From contig NC_058383.1 of NCBI RefSeq assembly GCF_018350175.1, forward strand, positions 3,410,001 through 3,474,000: a stretch of 64,000 nucleotides of DNA, given 5' to 3'. The stretch is from Felis catus. Its lineage: Eukaryota. Of the stretch, positions 40,141-52,804 are shown piece by piece (position 1 is the first letter of the stretch; every line of letters starts with the position of its first letter). The translations under genes were made by a program, and so were the position numbers. The notes below the pieces were generated by a model. The model saw only the letters and a program-made list of their open reading frames with translations. It was not told the DNA's origin and made no database searches.

Positions 40141-40849
40141 TGCCAGGGAGAACTTGTCAGAAAGACTCAGGCCCACCTGGCGAGACTCCCACGAGTTAAA
40201 CATGGGAAAATATGAAAATCATGAAAATTAATAATAATAAAACTGCAGTGAAGTGAATGAAAGGTTTCAAATACATTTTAGTCCATGGATTCCTAATAGT
40301 ATTTCTTTAAAGCCTCTCTGGTCACCTTTGGAGAATGTAAAGGAAACTATTATGTGGTGAATTTGTGTAAACCTTCCCGATCAAAAATCTCAGGATGTAT
40401 AGTGAGATACTTGACCTTGATGGATGAACGTAACATTTTTAATATCTGGTTTTACTCTTTGGATGGCTCCATTTAGACTGCGTGCAGACTTTTAACCTCT
40501 TCAAACACGTGGAAGTTACCGTTGACGAGAAGTATTTGTACAAGTAGGTGGTCGCACATGTTTGAAGATAATTTATTACTCTCTCCACCCAGTTAGGAGA
40601 AACTTCTTCCTTGCCATTAACCGGAATGCAGATAATTCAGCCTCTTTAAATTGCACTTTACGGGCATAATTTCTTTAGGCTAAGAGCTCTTCCTTTTATT
40701 TCTTTGACAGACATAATGTTGAACATTTTTTTGTGATGAGGTGAACGGATTGGATTCTGAGCAAATGTTTTTCATACCAAGTATTTCAAAATAATGGGCA
40801 TTTCTATGGATCTACACAGAAGCTGTTGCCAGTCTTAATATTTTTCCTT

Positions 40850-41480
40850 CAGAGTTCAAACGCTGACTCCTTTAGAATTATAAAATCGATCCCATATCGC
40901 CAGTGCACAGTTTTTAACTCCGTAACCACGCGGAGTTTCTTCTTTGAACCCATACGTGTCAGGATACTTCGGCAAGATCTCGGCAGTTCTCCACTGTGTC
41001 CGTCTGCTCAGGTGCTCAAAAATGTCAGTCAACTACGCCATTGTTGGGGCCCATAACTCATCCTTCAACAAATCTTCAAAGGGAGGCCCAGTCAGTAAAA
41101 CTAATGACAGTGATCATAACTGCTTTGTTCAGTTCACACACTCTTGCAAGACCCTTCTTTCGGACAAGCCCATAGGCTTCCACCTGGAATTGAAACGGGA
41201 AACAGGGAAGTCCCCGTTTTCGAGGAATGCTATCACAGGACAAATGGATGGCATGTCAGATGGCCCAGAGACAGACTTAGCCCAGGTCATTAAACCAGAG
41301 AAGTTTCCGTCACAGATTGATGAGTGCTGATATTTCAAACCTCGCCTGACGTGTAGCGTTATCTTGAATCCCTCGAAAGGAAAGCTTCTGTCGAAAGGGA
41401 TGCCATTTTTTTTCTTTCACAAAGCAACGACAAAAAAAAGGTGGGACTGTAGCATGCTTGAATTTTATTAGATTTACCAT
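40850..41480 (+). mobile_element. hAT-Charlie/Buster-type transposase fossil, copy A
   Basis: ETGKSPFSRNAITGQMDGMSDGPETDLAQVIKPEKFPSQIDEC, then after a frameshift DISNLA*. This resembles the recalled Charlie/ZBED5/ZBED8 motif KVPLSNNTISRRIDDMS...FALQLDESTDISN.A. Confidence 0.7.
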
Positions 41481-41739
41481 TCTGACAGCGTCGTTCAATG
41501 CGGCATTCGGGGGGGCCTACAGGCCACCACTTACAGAGGAGAATTTCTCTGTGAATGAAACAACGGATTTCTGGAATCTCAGGCTTTTCAGATTGAATTT
41601 TGCAGTAAAATCTTTATACCCTTCTTTTGGCTTTGGTATACATCGCTTACAAATGTGTTCTTTGATACATATAAATGCACATTTATTCCTAGCATCCATT
41701 TAACTGTGACCATTCCGTCCTTCCTAGCATGTCTGCTAT

Positions 41740-42120
41740 GTGTGCGGTATACTGTGGTGCCCCCCGCCCAGATCACTTCCTGTGGGGGACACGCCTGTCA
41801 CCAGTGCCGGCACCCAACGGGCTCAGGGCTCACTGCTGTGACCCTCCTGGAACTGCCCACTGCTTCACTCAAGAGGACCCCCCTCCCATGGTCAGCCTGG
41901 GGCTAATGGCTCGATGCTCTGGGCATGGGAAAGCCTAGTCCCTTGGCCTCAGTTTGGGACAACAGCTTAGATCAGCCGAGGCCTCACTAGCCGCCATCTC
42001 GAAGAGCATCTTCTCGTGAGCTGTCCTCACTTCCTCACCTCCTTCTAGGTGTATCCTCTGAGCTCCCATAACGCTTAATACAGGGAATGCTTCTTCACAA
42101 ACAGGGACACTCAATCTAAC
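41740..42120 (+). mobile_element. ERVL LTR16-like solo LTR
   Basis: tgtggtgcccccgcccagatc...ccttggcctcagtttgggacaac...gccgaggcctc...ggtgtatcctctgagctccc resembles the recalled LTR16 consensus. Confidence 0.65.
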
Positions 42121-42189
42121 TCGAGTATGTATTTTTAGAACAAAGTAACGTTCTACCCATCTCTTTTGAAGGAGTCACTCGGGACGTTT

Positions 42190-42720
42190 TGCTTTAATAA
42201 TGTTCTGGAGTAAGTTTGTCTCTCTCTGGGTCATCCGACATATCATCCACGGCTTCTCACAGTGCCATTCAAGAACAGAACCTTTCCTGTCCCCCGTGCA
42301 TCATCGGTCTCAGACTCGTTGCGGACAGTTTGCACTCAGTCTGGCAAGAAGAGTGATTCTGGGGTTGCAGGAGAATTGTTGGCTTTCGCTCTCAAGTGCG
42401 GGACGACGTAACCAGCTTCTTGAACTTGATCTGATACGGTTGCAACCAAACTCATAAATACCCTTCCTTCCCATTGTGTAGCTACAGGCAATTTCCCACT
42501 TGTGATCTTTTCTGTGTAAGGTCAGTGCTTTGGGGAAAGGGGTTGCTGCAGTCTGCCTGGTATTGTCACTTCATCACATTCCTTTCCCATCACGTACTAA
42601 ATTTCGGCTGAAGAAGGAGATTATCCCAGCACACATCTCAATTTCCAATCATTGCCATGACATTCCTCGGGTAGAAAGTTCTTTTACTTTCGGAGTAGGT
42701 GGACCTAATGACTCCCATTA
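42190..42720 (-). mobile_element. hAT-Charlie/Buster-type transposase fossil, copy B
   Basis: Reverse strand reads IPGRLQQPLSPKH* (BED-finger-like), then ATVSDQVQEAGYVVPHLRAKANNSPATPESLFLPD*VQTV...TGKVLFLNGTVRSR, then after a frameshift DDMSDDPE. Confidence 0.72.
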
Positions 42721-43269
42721 ACCAGAAAGTTGTTCGTTATGCTGGGGAAGTATGTCTCTGTAAATATAAAATAGTGTTAATGATATAGATGTGAACAATT
42801 GTAATAAATATTATATACTTAAATATAAAGTACATAAAATGGACTGTAGGTCTTAATGACTTCAGAAATCAACTTTTCATAAAAGTTTTGTTACATGCAT
42901 TCTTAGGAATGTTTGCAAATGAACTGAGTTGAAAAATCAAAAAAAAAAAAAAAAAGCCTGCATAGGCAGTATTGACATTCATTTCTATTTGATTAAAGAA
43001 CTAAAAATCTGAAAAACTCATGACATATAAATATTAACTGTGTATTCTATCCCAAATATTTCAAAAAGTCAATTACTTGGAGCAGTAAAACTCTGTAGTC
43101 TTCTTTAATGAGTTGATTTATTTATATAGCTTATTATTTTAAAACATTTTTCGATTTCTAAAATTAGTAGACTCATTTTGAAATCCATCAAGAATCCACT
43201 CTTGCTGAATTTACATGACTAACCAGGAAGAAAGGAAGGGAAGGAGGGAGAAGGAAATTTCTTTAAGAT

Positions 43270-43620
43270 TAACCCAGGGTGGTGCATTTGTGAGTCAGTG
43301 AACTTCACTGACAATCACTCGCCCACAACCCAGAGTTCACATTAGGGTTCACTCTCGATGCATACACTCTATGGGTTTTGATGACAGTATAGTGACCCGT
43401 GTCCGTTACAACCTCACACAGAGTGGTTTCCTTGCCCTAAAAATCCTCTGTGCTCCACTTTCTTCACATCCCTCCCTCCCCTCTGACAAGCGCCGACCTG
43501 ACTGCCTCCGTGGTTTTGCCTTTTCCAGAATGTCACGCGGTTGAAACCACACAGTATGTGGCCTCTTCAGACCGGCTTTTTTCACTTAGCGACGTGCAAT
43601 GCATACATGGGTATAGTTTT
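43270..43620 (-). mobile_element. L1MC-like 3' UTR fragment
   Basis: gagttcacattagggttcactctc...ctatgggttttga...gccctaaaaatcctctgtgctcc. Confidence 0.7.
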
Positions 43621-45069
43621 CGAGTGTAATTCAACAGTTGTAAGTGTTTCAGTGGCTGCAGACCGCAGTTTGCCACTCTGAAAAATTGACGGACGGCAGT
43701 AACCTGGGCGCTGGTGTGGCCCATCCCAGGCGCCTGACGGGCCCTGCCGCGCCTCCTGCTGGCCCACTCCAAGAACCATACCCCCCCCCCCCCCATCCCG
43801 CCATTGCGTTATCCCACCACAGACTTTTCCATAGCGGATAAATTCCTGTTTCTAAAACTCCTGTGGTTTTTTGTTTCACATGCCGGAGTCGTTCGGTGCC
43901 CTTGGGTGCTGGGTGCTCACGACAGAGATCCTCGTCCTTGGCTGTGAGAATCGAGACAGTGCTGAACAGCTTGAAGCCGTGTTGAATTGAAGACTGAGAA
44001 CATACTGGGTTCAGTGCTGGGGAAATCATCTAGAGAAAATGTATTTTTTTTTTTAAGCAAGGAAAACCACAAAAGAAAAAGAAGTGTGGAAAACCACACT
44101 TGTCACTTTACCAAACCTCTTCAAGGCCTGCAGTTAGGGACAGGAAAGAAGGACACTTCACATGCTAATTATCTGGGGAGAAAATGCCCCTGAGGCCTTA
44201 TTGGGAGCAGTGGGAGGCCACAGCTCCCCTCAGATCTCCTGTGAAGCCTGCAGACAGGTCCCAGCCGCCGCCCTCCGCCCTCCACCCGGAAGGTCTTTCA
44301 GCCTCTATTGGAAGCTGTGTCGAGAAAGATTTTCTGGCTGTAGCTCTTTCTCTCACTTGAGAGGATTTTTTATTTTACTTTCCATGAACGTGTGAGGCAT
44401 TTCCGGCGACAGTAACTAGGGCGGCAGGGAGCCTATGGATGCCCAGGAGAACTGCTGAGTTTGTGGATGGAGCCCGGGGTGGGCGAGAAGAAGGAACCTG
44501 AGGCTCCAGAATCTCCGTCCCGTGACTTTGGGGTGGAAAGGGCGTCCGGCTCCGTGAGCTTCGGTGCAAGGGTGTGGCACGAGCCATCCTTACCTCCTGA
44601 CTTCGCGTGACTCCAGGTGAGAGAGCCTGGGCAAGACAGAACCGCGTCCTTGATCGGGTCACCCCAGGGCCCCCGGGGCCCGTGGTGGTGAGACCACGGT
44701 GGACCCCAGAGACACGCTGACCTTGGGGTGACCAGCCCAAACCAGGAAAGCCTGAGCCTCTCGGGGCGATGATCATGTTGTCCCCAAAGCACTGCAAAGA
44801 CGCAAGATGTCCTCTGAGGACACCAGGAACTCATTGCTCATTTAATTTATGCAAAATCCCAGTTCTTTCCAAGTGTTACGTTCTAGAGAACATCACAGTG
44901 TTGGACAGGAAGGCTGTATGGAGTCTCGGTCCACGAAACCTCAGCACTGAGCCTGCGTCCAGAGAGCGCGGCTTCTGGGAGAAAAGCGCCGTCGCTCGGT
45001 GCTCTTCTCCTCCCAGCCACTCCTTTTCTTCCCTCCTCCTCACCCATCTGGGAGTCTGTCCTTTGTCCC

Positions 45070-46320
45070 TCCGTACAGACTGTTGACATTTTATGGGACT
45101 CTCAGCAGGTGAGATTAGAATCTATCCCCTGCCAACTGTTTTCTACGTGTCCCCTCTTTCTATTTCCTCCTTTTCTATTTCTTTTGCCTGCCTGCTCTGG
45201 GATTCATTAGCTGTTTTTGTATCTACATTATTTTCCCCCTCTTGTCTTGTTCTGTATCTCTTTTCAAACTCACATAGTGATTGCTCTGGAATTTAAAATC
45301 TATATCCTTAGTGAATTACAGCTTCTCTTGAAGTGCGGCCCGTGCATAACGTGAGAACTTCACCAACGGATGCTTCCGGCGCCACCCTCCCACCTTTCGT
45401 GCCGTCGGGGCCGTTCACTTCACTCTTACCCACGTTACAAGTCCCGAGAACACGCGGCTCTTGTAGCTTTAAACAGTCAACTCTGTTTGAGAGTGAGTCA
45501 AAACAAGGAAAGAAATAGATCTACCTTCATTTGAACCGTGTCTGGAAATCATTTCTCCGCGTAGACGTGCGGTTTGGGTGTCCGCTGGACAGCACATTCC
45601 CCCAGCATCTCTCGTAGTCCGGGTCTGCTAGTAATGAATTCTCTCCGTTTTCGTCTTCCGGAAGACATCTTTATGATGCTTCCACAGGACAAGAACCCCG
45701 GGACGATAGGTTTTCCCATCGGTACTTTATTTTTTTTTTCAACGTTTATTTATTTTTGGGACAGAGAGAGACAGAGCATGAACGGGAGAGGGGCAGAGAG
45801 AGAGGGAGACATAGAATCGGAAACGGGCTCCAGGCTCTGAGCCATCAGCCCAGAGCCCGACGCGGGGCTCGAACTCACGGACCGCGAGATCGTGACCTGG
45901 CTGAAGTCGGACGCTTAACCGACTGCGCCACCCAGGCGCCCCGCCATCGGTACTTTAAACATATCATACTCCATTGCCTTCCGGCTCACGAGAAGGCCGT
46001 TGCAATTCTCTCCTTCGTGTATCTGTCTGTCCGTATTGAACTTGTCTGAGCATCGGCACCAGCCAAGCCCTCCGTCCTCTGGCCGCTGGCGACTCATTAG
46101 GAAGTTTAGCTGAGTTTCCCTTACCCGGCTGTACGGTGTCCCCGATGGTGCTGCCCTGCTGTGTCACCGGTGAGCCGGCCCTCACGCTCTGACCCGTCAA
46201 GAAGCCCGTCTTTTCTTAACGTTCCAGACCACCGGGTTGTCCTGTCGACCTCGGCTTTCTGTGGGCTCAAGGAAAGTTAAGATTTTGTAGTTAGTTCAGC
46301 TTTTTCTTATTCCTGGGTGT
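45070..46320 (-). mobile_element. Old L1 fragments (ORF1 end, inter-ORF and 5' region) interrupted by a SINE
   Basis: ggtctgctagtaatgaattctctccgtttt and ctccattgccttccggc...gagaaggccgttg resemble antisense L1 ORF1 C-terminus. Boundaries approximate. Confidence 0.55.
45730..45942 (-). mobile_element. Young feline CAN-SINE (SINEC_Fc-like) with a perfect TSD
   Basis: Full length with CpGs intact. 14-bp TSD ccatcggtacttta at 45716-45729 and 45944-45957. Confidence 0.96.
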
Positions 46321-47761
46321 GAGGTTCTTCCCAGCTTTCTGCTTCCTAGGCACCGCGACCCCCCTGGGCACTTTTAATCCACAAATGCTGAGTGGGGAAC
46401 GGGACCGTGGACTCGGTGGCTGGTGGAGGGAGGGTCTGAGGTCTAGCGCAGCCAGGGTCCGGAGCAGATGGGAAGAGAGTGTGACTTGTAGAGCCCAGTT
46501 GAGGGGCTTGGGCAAATTTTATGCGTTTTTATTTCTGCCTAACGAGATGAGCCTTCCAAGAGGAGAATAATGAGAGATCACGATGATCTTTCAACAGGAC
46601 CATGCTCTGTTCCCACATGTTCTGGGCCAGGAGACTGTGGTCTCTGTTTCTTTACCTTGAGCCAAAAGATCCTTTCAGTTTCTGTGTCTTGTTTCTGAAA
46701 CAAGCAACCTTCCTTTGCAGAAAGTTGGATGTCACCCCCCGGGTGCTAGTCCCCTCCTTCGAGGCCGCTGGGGTTCTCATCCTCCACCGGCTCGCCAGGT
46801 CACATCACTGCCTTTTCCACAACACTTCTGATTCCCCCATTGCCTACTGTATATGTGATCAACCACTGGGTTCGGCACAGGAGGCGATGCCCAAAGCAAC
46901 CTAATCCACTTCCTCAGCCACACTGCCCCTGTGCACCCCATGTTTCACCACGCTCACTGTTTTCTCACAGTGCACCAGAGATTTCATAAACACCAGGCCT
47001 TGCGTGCTCCACTTTCCAGGTGGAGAGTGCCTTTCTCAAGGCCCGTCCTTTTGGACCTAGTCCAGATGCCTCCTGACTTGAAGGCTTCCGAGCTTTCCTA
47101 GGACGGAGTCTGCCCCGTGAGTCTCCTGCTCCAGGGAGCGATTTGCCTGTATCCGTCAAATGAGTATCTCCCCTAGAATGTGACTTCCTGGAAGGCAGGC
47201 CATTTGGCACATATATAGCTGGTCAATAACAGAAAGACAGCAAGAGTGGAAAATCTTAAAAATGGTGGTCCCGTAACAGACCAAGAGAGATTTAGCCTCC
47301 AAATGAATGAATAATCCATATGGGAAGGGATGCCTTTTTTTTTTTTCGATACGAAGGATAAATGGGCTTGAAACATAGTGGTGTCTAAAGGGGGAGAGGC
47401 TTCTAGATGAAACCTTGCCTGAGTCTCACATGCCAAGTAACCAAAAAAGAAACCAGAGAAAGCTTTCATTAGCTATTTATCTCGGGATTCCTGGGAAAGC
47501 GTCACCCGTGGAATGAGATGATCCAGTCCACTTCTCCGCCTATGCCTTAAAGAATTCTCCAGAAGAAAATGAGAAATAGCCTAGTTCTTTTTCTTTGTGA
47601 TGCCACTATTAGCCTCCAAAAACATTCATCACACTTCACTCTTCTCGATGGCGTAATTGCCTGTGAATCATGAACGGCAGCTCAGGGTGTCTTTCTCTTC
47701 TCTTCTCCCTACTGTGCTCCTGCTGTTTGCCCTGCTGTCCTCCACGACCGCCCGGGAACAG

Positions 47762-47877
47762 TGCCTACCGCACCCCCCCAGAATGTGCAGACGGACGCTG
47801 TGAATTCCACAACCATCCAGTTCCTGTGGAACCCTCCACCTCAGCAGTTCATCAATGGCATCAACCAGGGATACAAG
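47762..47877 (+). CDS. SDK1: Sidekick-1 coding exon (FN3)
   Basis: Acceptor ggaacag and donor AAG|gtaccc. 116 nt, phase 1 to 0. Encodes [39 protein letters not shown]. Confidence 0.93.
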
Positions 47878-49638
47878 GTACCCGGACCTAGCTCAGAACC
47901 CTGGGTGGCTGTCGTGCTGTGTTATGGTCTTGTGGGCTGCCCACCCCTCGTCTCATCAAGAACCCATTGCACCAAGCTACAGTGTATGTCGACCTTGGTC
48001 GGGGCTGGGGGGTGGTCAGCATTTATCCAAGGTCTTATCACTTCTACTGGTTCAGGAACTCAAATTGTTAGTTTTCAAGAGGACGTTTCAGATGCAACAG
48101 AGTAATTTCTTTTGAGAAAAGCCATTCGTTTTAAAATTACCAGTGGAAAACCTATCTCGATTGATTAGAATCAGCATTTGTACAAACCACTTCTTCCCGG
48201 CAAGGAGTCCTCTCAGAAGAACAAAGGGCACTGGACGCAAGTGAATGATATTTCTATCAAGTAAGGGCATTTATTCCTTCCCCCTCTGGATTTAAGGGAG
48301 AGTTCTGTTTATAGAACCGAGACCAGAGAATTTAGGACACCTACCTGGACTGAAGTAGAGACACAGACCGATCCCCACCATCCAACCTCCTTCTGTCCTT
48401 AGCTACCAGAATATATTACCTTCACAGGTGTATTTGGACATAACTTCCCAAAGTATAGTTCATCTTGCCGACTAGATCAGCTTCTAGCTGGCCCGGGGTC
48501 CTGTGTTAATTTTACCTACAACGTATTCACAGATGTTCTGCATTAGAAGGTAGACTTACAGAAGATCTTCATGGGGAAGGGACTCCACCTAGTCCACTCG
48601 AATTCTTGGTAATTTCAGATTCGGAGGGTATTAGTTCCTTAGACACATGGTTCCCTTTTTTTCCCCATTTGGATTCAACTTACAAAAACACTTTTTGGTT
48701 TTCACTACGTGGCAGATGTAGCTAGAAATTTGTCCTGCCTTTTCTTCTTTTTTTTCTTTTTTTCTTTTCTTTTTTCTCTTCTTTTCTTTTCTTTTTGATT
48801 CCCCAGAAGAATCTACAGTCAGAAGCTTTTTTGAAAGAAAATCATAATGATCAGATCAACCAAGATGATTTTGCCTCCTTGGCTTTCCTGTCAGGTCTTA
48901 TTGGCAACACCAGAGCGTTCATTCGATGGCTCGACGTCGGTTTGATCTCTATAAATACGCTTTGTGCCCTGAGGCAGGTCAGCCTTCAGACCTAATTAGC
49001 CCTGCAAATGTTTGGCGTCACAGGAATTAGAAGTCCCACTCATACATGATGTTGCCCGCATGTGAAAACAACATCCCTTAGAATATGTAGATGCACTATT
49101 TTTCTTTAAAACTGTAATCAACCTCCTAAAATTCTTTTCAGAAAAGCAGTGTGACATAAATCACAAATAATTAAGATTCATTCCTATTGAATCAGGGGGC
49201 TTCTTTTTGAGCCAGAGTAGGTGACTATCTGGAAATAATATTTGTTTCCGTGTCTCGTTGTACTGATTAAGTTGAAGAAAGATGGTGTCGTCTTTATTGC
49301 TTAGCGTCTGAAAACACGTACATCCCGCATCATCTTTAAGTGAAGCGTAAGTGAAAGTTTGAGGAATGTCGGTTATTTCAAATTGAGTTAAAGTAGAGAT
49401 TTTATTTATATGGACATGTATCAAATACATACAAATATATGATCTCAACAATCTACGAGATGTCTCTTAAAGTCAGTATGTTTAAGTGGGACTCTAAAAC
49501 GTTAGACTTACAGAGTTTCTTGATGGTGACGTGACTTTCTTTGAAGTTACGTCAACCACAAAATAAGATTCTGATACAGACTTGAGAATGAAGACATACA
49601 ATTAAAAAGGATTTCTTTCTCACCCTGTCCCGTCCCAG

Positions 49639-49831
49639 CTTCTGGCATGGCCCGCAGAGATCCCGGAGGCCATCACTGTGGTCACCATTGCGCCAGATTT
49701 CCATGGAGCCCACCACGGGTATATAACGAACCTGAAGAAGTTCACTGCCTACTTCACGTCAGTCCTGTGTTTCACCACTCCAGGGGACGGGCCTCCAAGC
49801 ACGCCTCAGCTCGTACGGACTCATGAGGACA
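49639..49831 (+). CDS. SDK1: Sidekick-1 coding exon (FN3)
   Basis: Acceptor ccgtcccag and donor A|gtgagt. 193 nt, phase 0 to 1. Encodes [64 protein letters not shown]. Confidence 0.95.
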
Positions 49832-50647
49832 GTGAGTACCCATCTGTTGTGGTTGCACCAGCAGCCAAAGTCAGCCCTCCAGGAGGCCCAACCGCTGTCT
49901 CCTCCAGCGCTGGGCGGGGCCCGCGGAGGGTCGTCAGGAACCTCCACGTCCTCAGTGTTCGGGGTGCGTGTGCTCTAGGGAGATAGTCAGTGGAAAGTAA
50001 TGGTAATGAGTGGTGGAAGGCGGTCCCTGGGATTGGAAGCCTGGCAGGCGGACAGAGCTCAGAGGGAAAAAGAAACAGTCTGGTCTCAGCCCTGTGGTCA
50101 GCCTTTCATCTTGCTGGTCCTCTCTTCCCCCAGATCTCAACTTCCAACCCCCTTATCTTCTAGAATGCCCTGCCAGGCCTCCCCGGGGCATCTCACCCTG
50201 GGCCCCTCTGAGCGCCTTGACTCGGTTTTGTCTCTATCTAGTCAGTTCACACCAGCTCCTGCTCTGTCCTCAGACCAGATGACACTGCGGAAGGCATTAT
50301 ATGGAGAAGTCACCTGAGAAAATGACCACACGTGTGCACAAAGACACCGACATAGGGAGGCTCACTGCAGTTATTTGCAACTGCAAAAAAAAAAAAAAAA
50401 AAGAAGAAGAAGAAAAACATTCAGATATTCCAGAGGGGTGTAATTGAAAAACTTATGGAATGATATTATACTAAATATTTCGTCAGTATTAAAAAAAATT
50501 TCTAGAGAAAATGGTCATGATCTAATGATAAGTGAAAAAATAATATACAAAACTGTATGAGATCCAAATTTTATAAAAACATTGTATAAAACTTGTATAA
50601 AACTCCATGAGATAAGAAAAGACCTTGAAGAAAATACGTCACATTTT

Positions 50648-50847
50648 TTTTTTATGTTTTATTTATTTTTGAGACAGAGAGAGACAGAGCATGAACGGGG
50701 GAGGGTCAGAGAGAAGGGAGACACAGAATCCGAAGCAGGCTCCAGGCTCTGAGGTGTCAGCACAGAGCCCGACGTGGGGCTCGAACTCACGGACCGCGAG
50801 ATCGTGACCTGAGCTGAAGTGGGACACTTAACAGACTGAGCCACCCA
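50648..50847 (-). mobile_element. CAN-SINE, slightly 5'-truncated
   Basis: Lacks the terminal ggggcgcc. TSD aata(c/t)gtcacattttt. Confidence 0.92.
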
Positions 50848-51419
50848 ATATGTCACATTTTTGACGGTTATTATCTCTATGTGGTGTGATTAGGAGTTTA
50901 TTTTACATTTTTGTTTGGATTTTGCCACATATCTCATTTCTACAGTGAGTGTGTCCTCTGCTTATAAGGACAGTTGAAATTAGTAGACATTTAAGACAGT
51001 GTCACCCAGGGCTGCCACTCGTCTGTCCTCCAGCTCAGGGTGTGGCCGGCCCCCTATTCCACCGATGACCCCGATGGGCATTGTGGCGGTGGGGTTCTGA
51101 CCTCCCTGCTCCTTGTGACCTCAGCCTCTGCAGTTCTCAGAGGCAGCATTTATAGGGGTCAAGGCCATCCAAAATGAGCTTCCTCCTCCTAGCTTCCATC
51201 TCAGAATCCTGTTCACACCCCAGTTCTTCTCTCGGAGGGTGAAGAGTCTGACCATTTCTCAGATCTCCCTCATCCCTCCCTGACTGCCCTGACCCACTGA
51301 GCTCCCAGTGAGCTCATTTCCTTCCCAGGTAAACGATTACGTGGGCCCCTAACCTGTCACACTCTTCATAACCGGGCTCTCGCTCCACCCTGTGACTGTG
51401 ACTACCTTGCCGGTTCAAT

Positions 51420-52640
51420 TCTGCAGGTGCCTTGACTGCATGGAGTGATAGGATTATGGGATTTGTCTTTTCAGCGAGTGGACAGATAACGGTGGATTGA
51501 TTTGCAAATGTTGAGCCACGCTTGCACACTTGGAGTAAATCCCACTTGGTCACAGTTTGTAATTATTTTTTATGTTGTTGGATTCTGTTTGCTGATACTT
51601 TGTGGGTGATGTTTTTGCATCCAAGTTGATGAGAGATACTGGTCTGCAGTTTTATTTTCCTGTACTTAATGTCTGCCTGGTTTTGGTGTCAGGGAAATGT
51701 GGGCCTCATGAAATAAATTTGGTTGTGTTCTCCCCCTCTTCCACTTTCTAGAAGCAATTGCATAAAATTGGTGTCAATCCTTCTTTAAATGTTTGGTAGC
51801 ATTTTCCAGTGAAATCCTCTGGGCCTAGAAATTTCTTTTGGGGGAGCGTTTCAGTTTCTCCCATGGTTATACTACTGTTCAGTCGTCTGTTTAATCTTGG
51901 CTTGGTGTCAGTATCTGTGATTTTCACGTGTGTGGATGTCACACTCCTGGCGGTAGTCCCTTCTTCCATGGCTGCAGGATATATCATTGTGTTCCTTGTT
52001 CATTTATGATAGCGGTGTTCTCCTTTTATATTTCTGTCATTCTTCCTAGAGATTTATCAATTTTGTTGATTTTTTCCTTGAGGAACCAACTTCTTGTTTC
52101 ATCGAGTTTTCTCTAATGTTTTCCTATTTTTGGTTTCGTTGATTTCTGCTGCTAATATTTCCTTCCTTCTGCTTGCTTTGGGTTTATTTTTTGATCTTTT
52201 TTTTAAATTTCTTGATGTGGGTACTTAAACTATGGATTTAAACTCATTTCTATTATAAACAGTTGGTGCTATAAATTTTCCTCCCCACGCTGCTTTAGCT
52301 GCATCCCACATACTTTGATATATCGTGTTCATATTTTGCTATAGTGTGTTTCATTTTCATTCAGTTCTATGTATTTTTATTCCTTTTGAGACTTCCTCTT
52401 TGGCCCACGAATTATTTAGAAGTGTACTATTTAGTTTCCTTGTGTTTGGAGATTTTCCTGTTGCCTTTCTACTACTGATTTCTAGCTAGATTCCATTATG
52501 GTCAGAGAGCACACTTTGTACAGTTTCAATTCCTTTAAATTCATTGAAGTTTGCTTTATGGCACAGCACACGGTCAGTCTTGGTAAATGTTTCATCGCAA
52601 GTGCTTGGAAAGAATAATGTGCATTCTTTTGTGGAACCTG
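51420..52640 (-). mobile_element. Old L1 ORF2 fragment (RT/endonuclease region, internally deleted)
   Basis: Minus-strand remnants GPEDFTGKCYQTFKEGLTPIL and TKWDLLQVCKRGST. Confidence 0.8.
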
Positions 52641-52804
52641 CTTTTCAGCTGCGAATGTTATGCAGCCCCTCCCCCGCCCTCAGAGTTTAGGATTAAAGGA
52701 GAACATTGATCGCATTTAGCTCTTTCATTTAAAAAAAGGATGTGTGCCTATCTCATCAAGTCTTGTTCCTACTGTAATTATATCATAATTAAATGCTGAT
52801 TGAC

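Noticed and set aside
39733..40203. Lys/Glu/Arg-rich and Phe-rich ORFs
   Set aside because: Translations of the (GAAA)n microsatellite.
40944..41330. 128-aa ORF as a domesticated ZBED-like gene
   Set aside because: It ends at a frameshift and stop at the first catalytic motif and is very degenerate, so it is treated as a transposon fossil.
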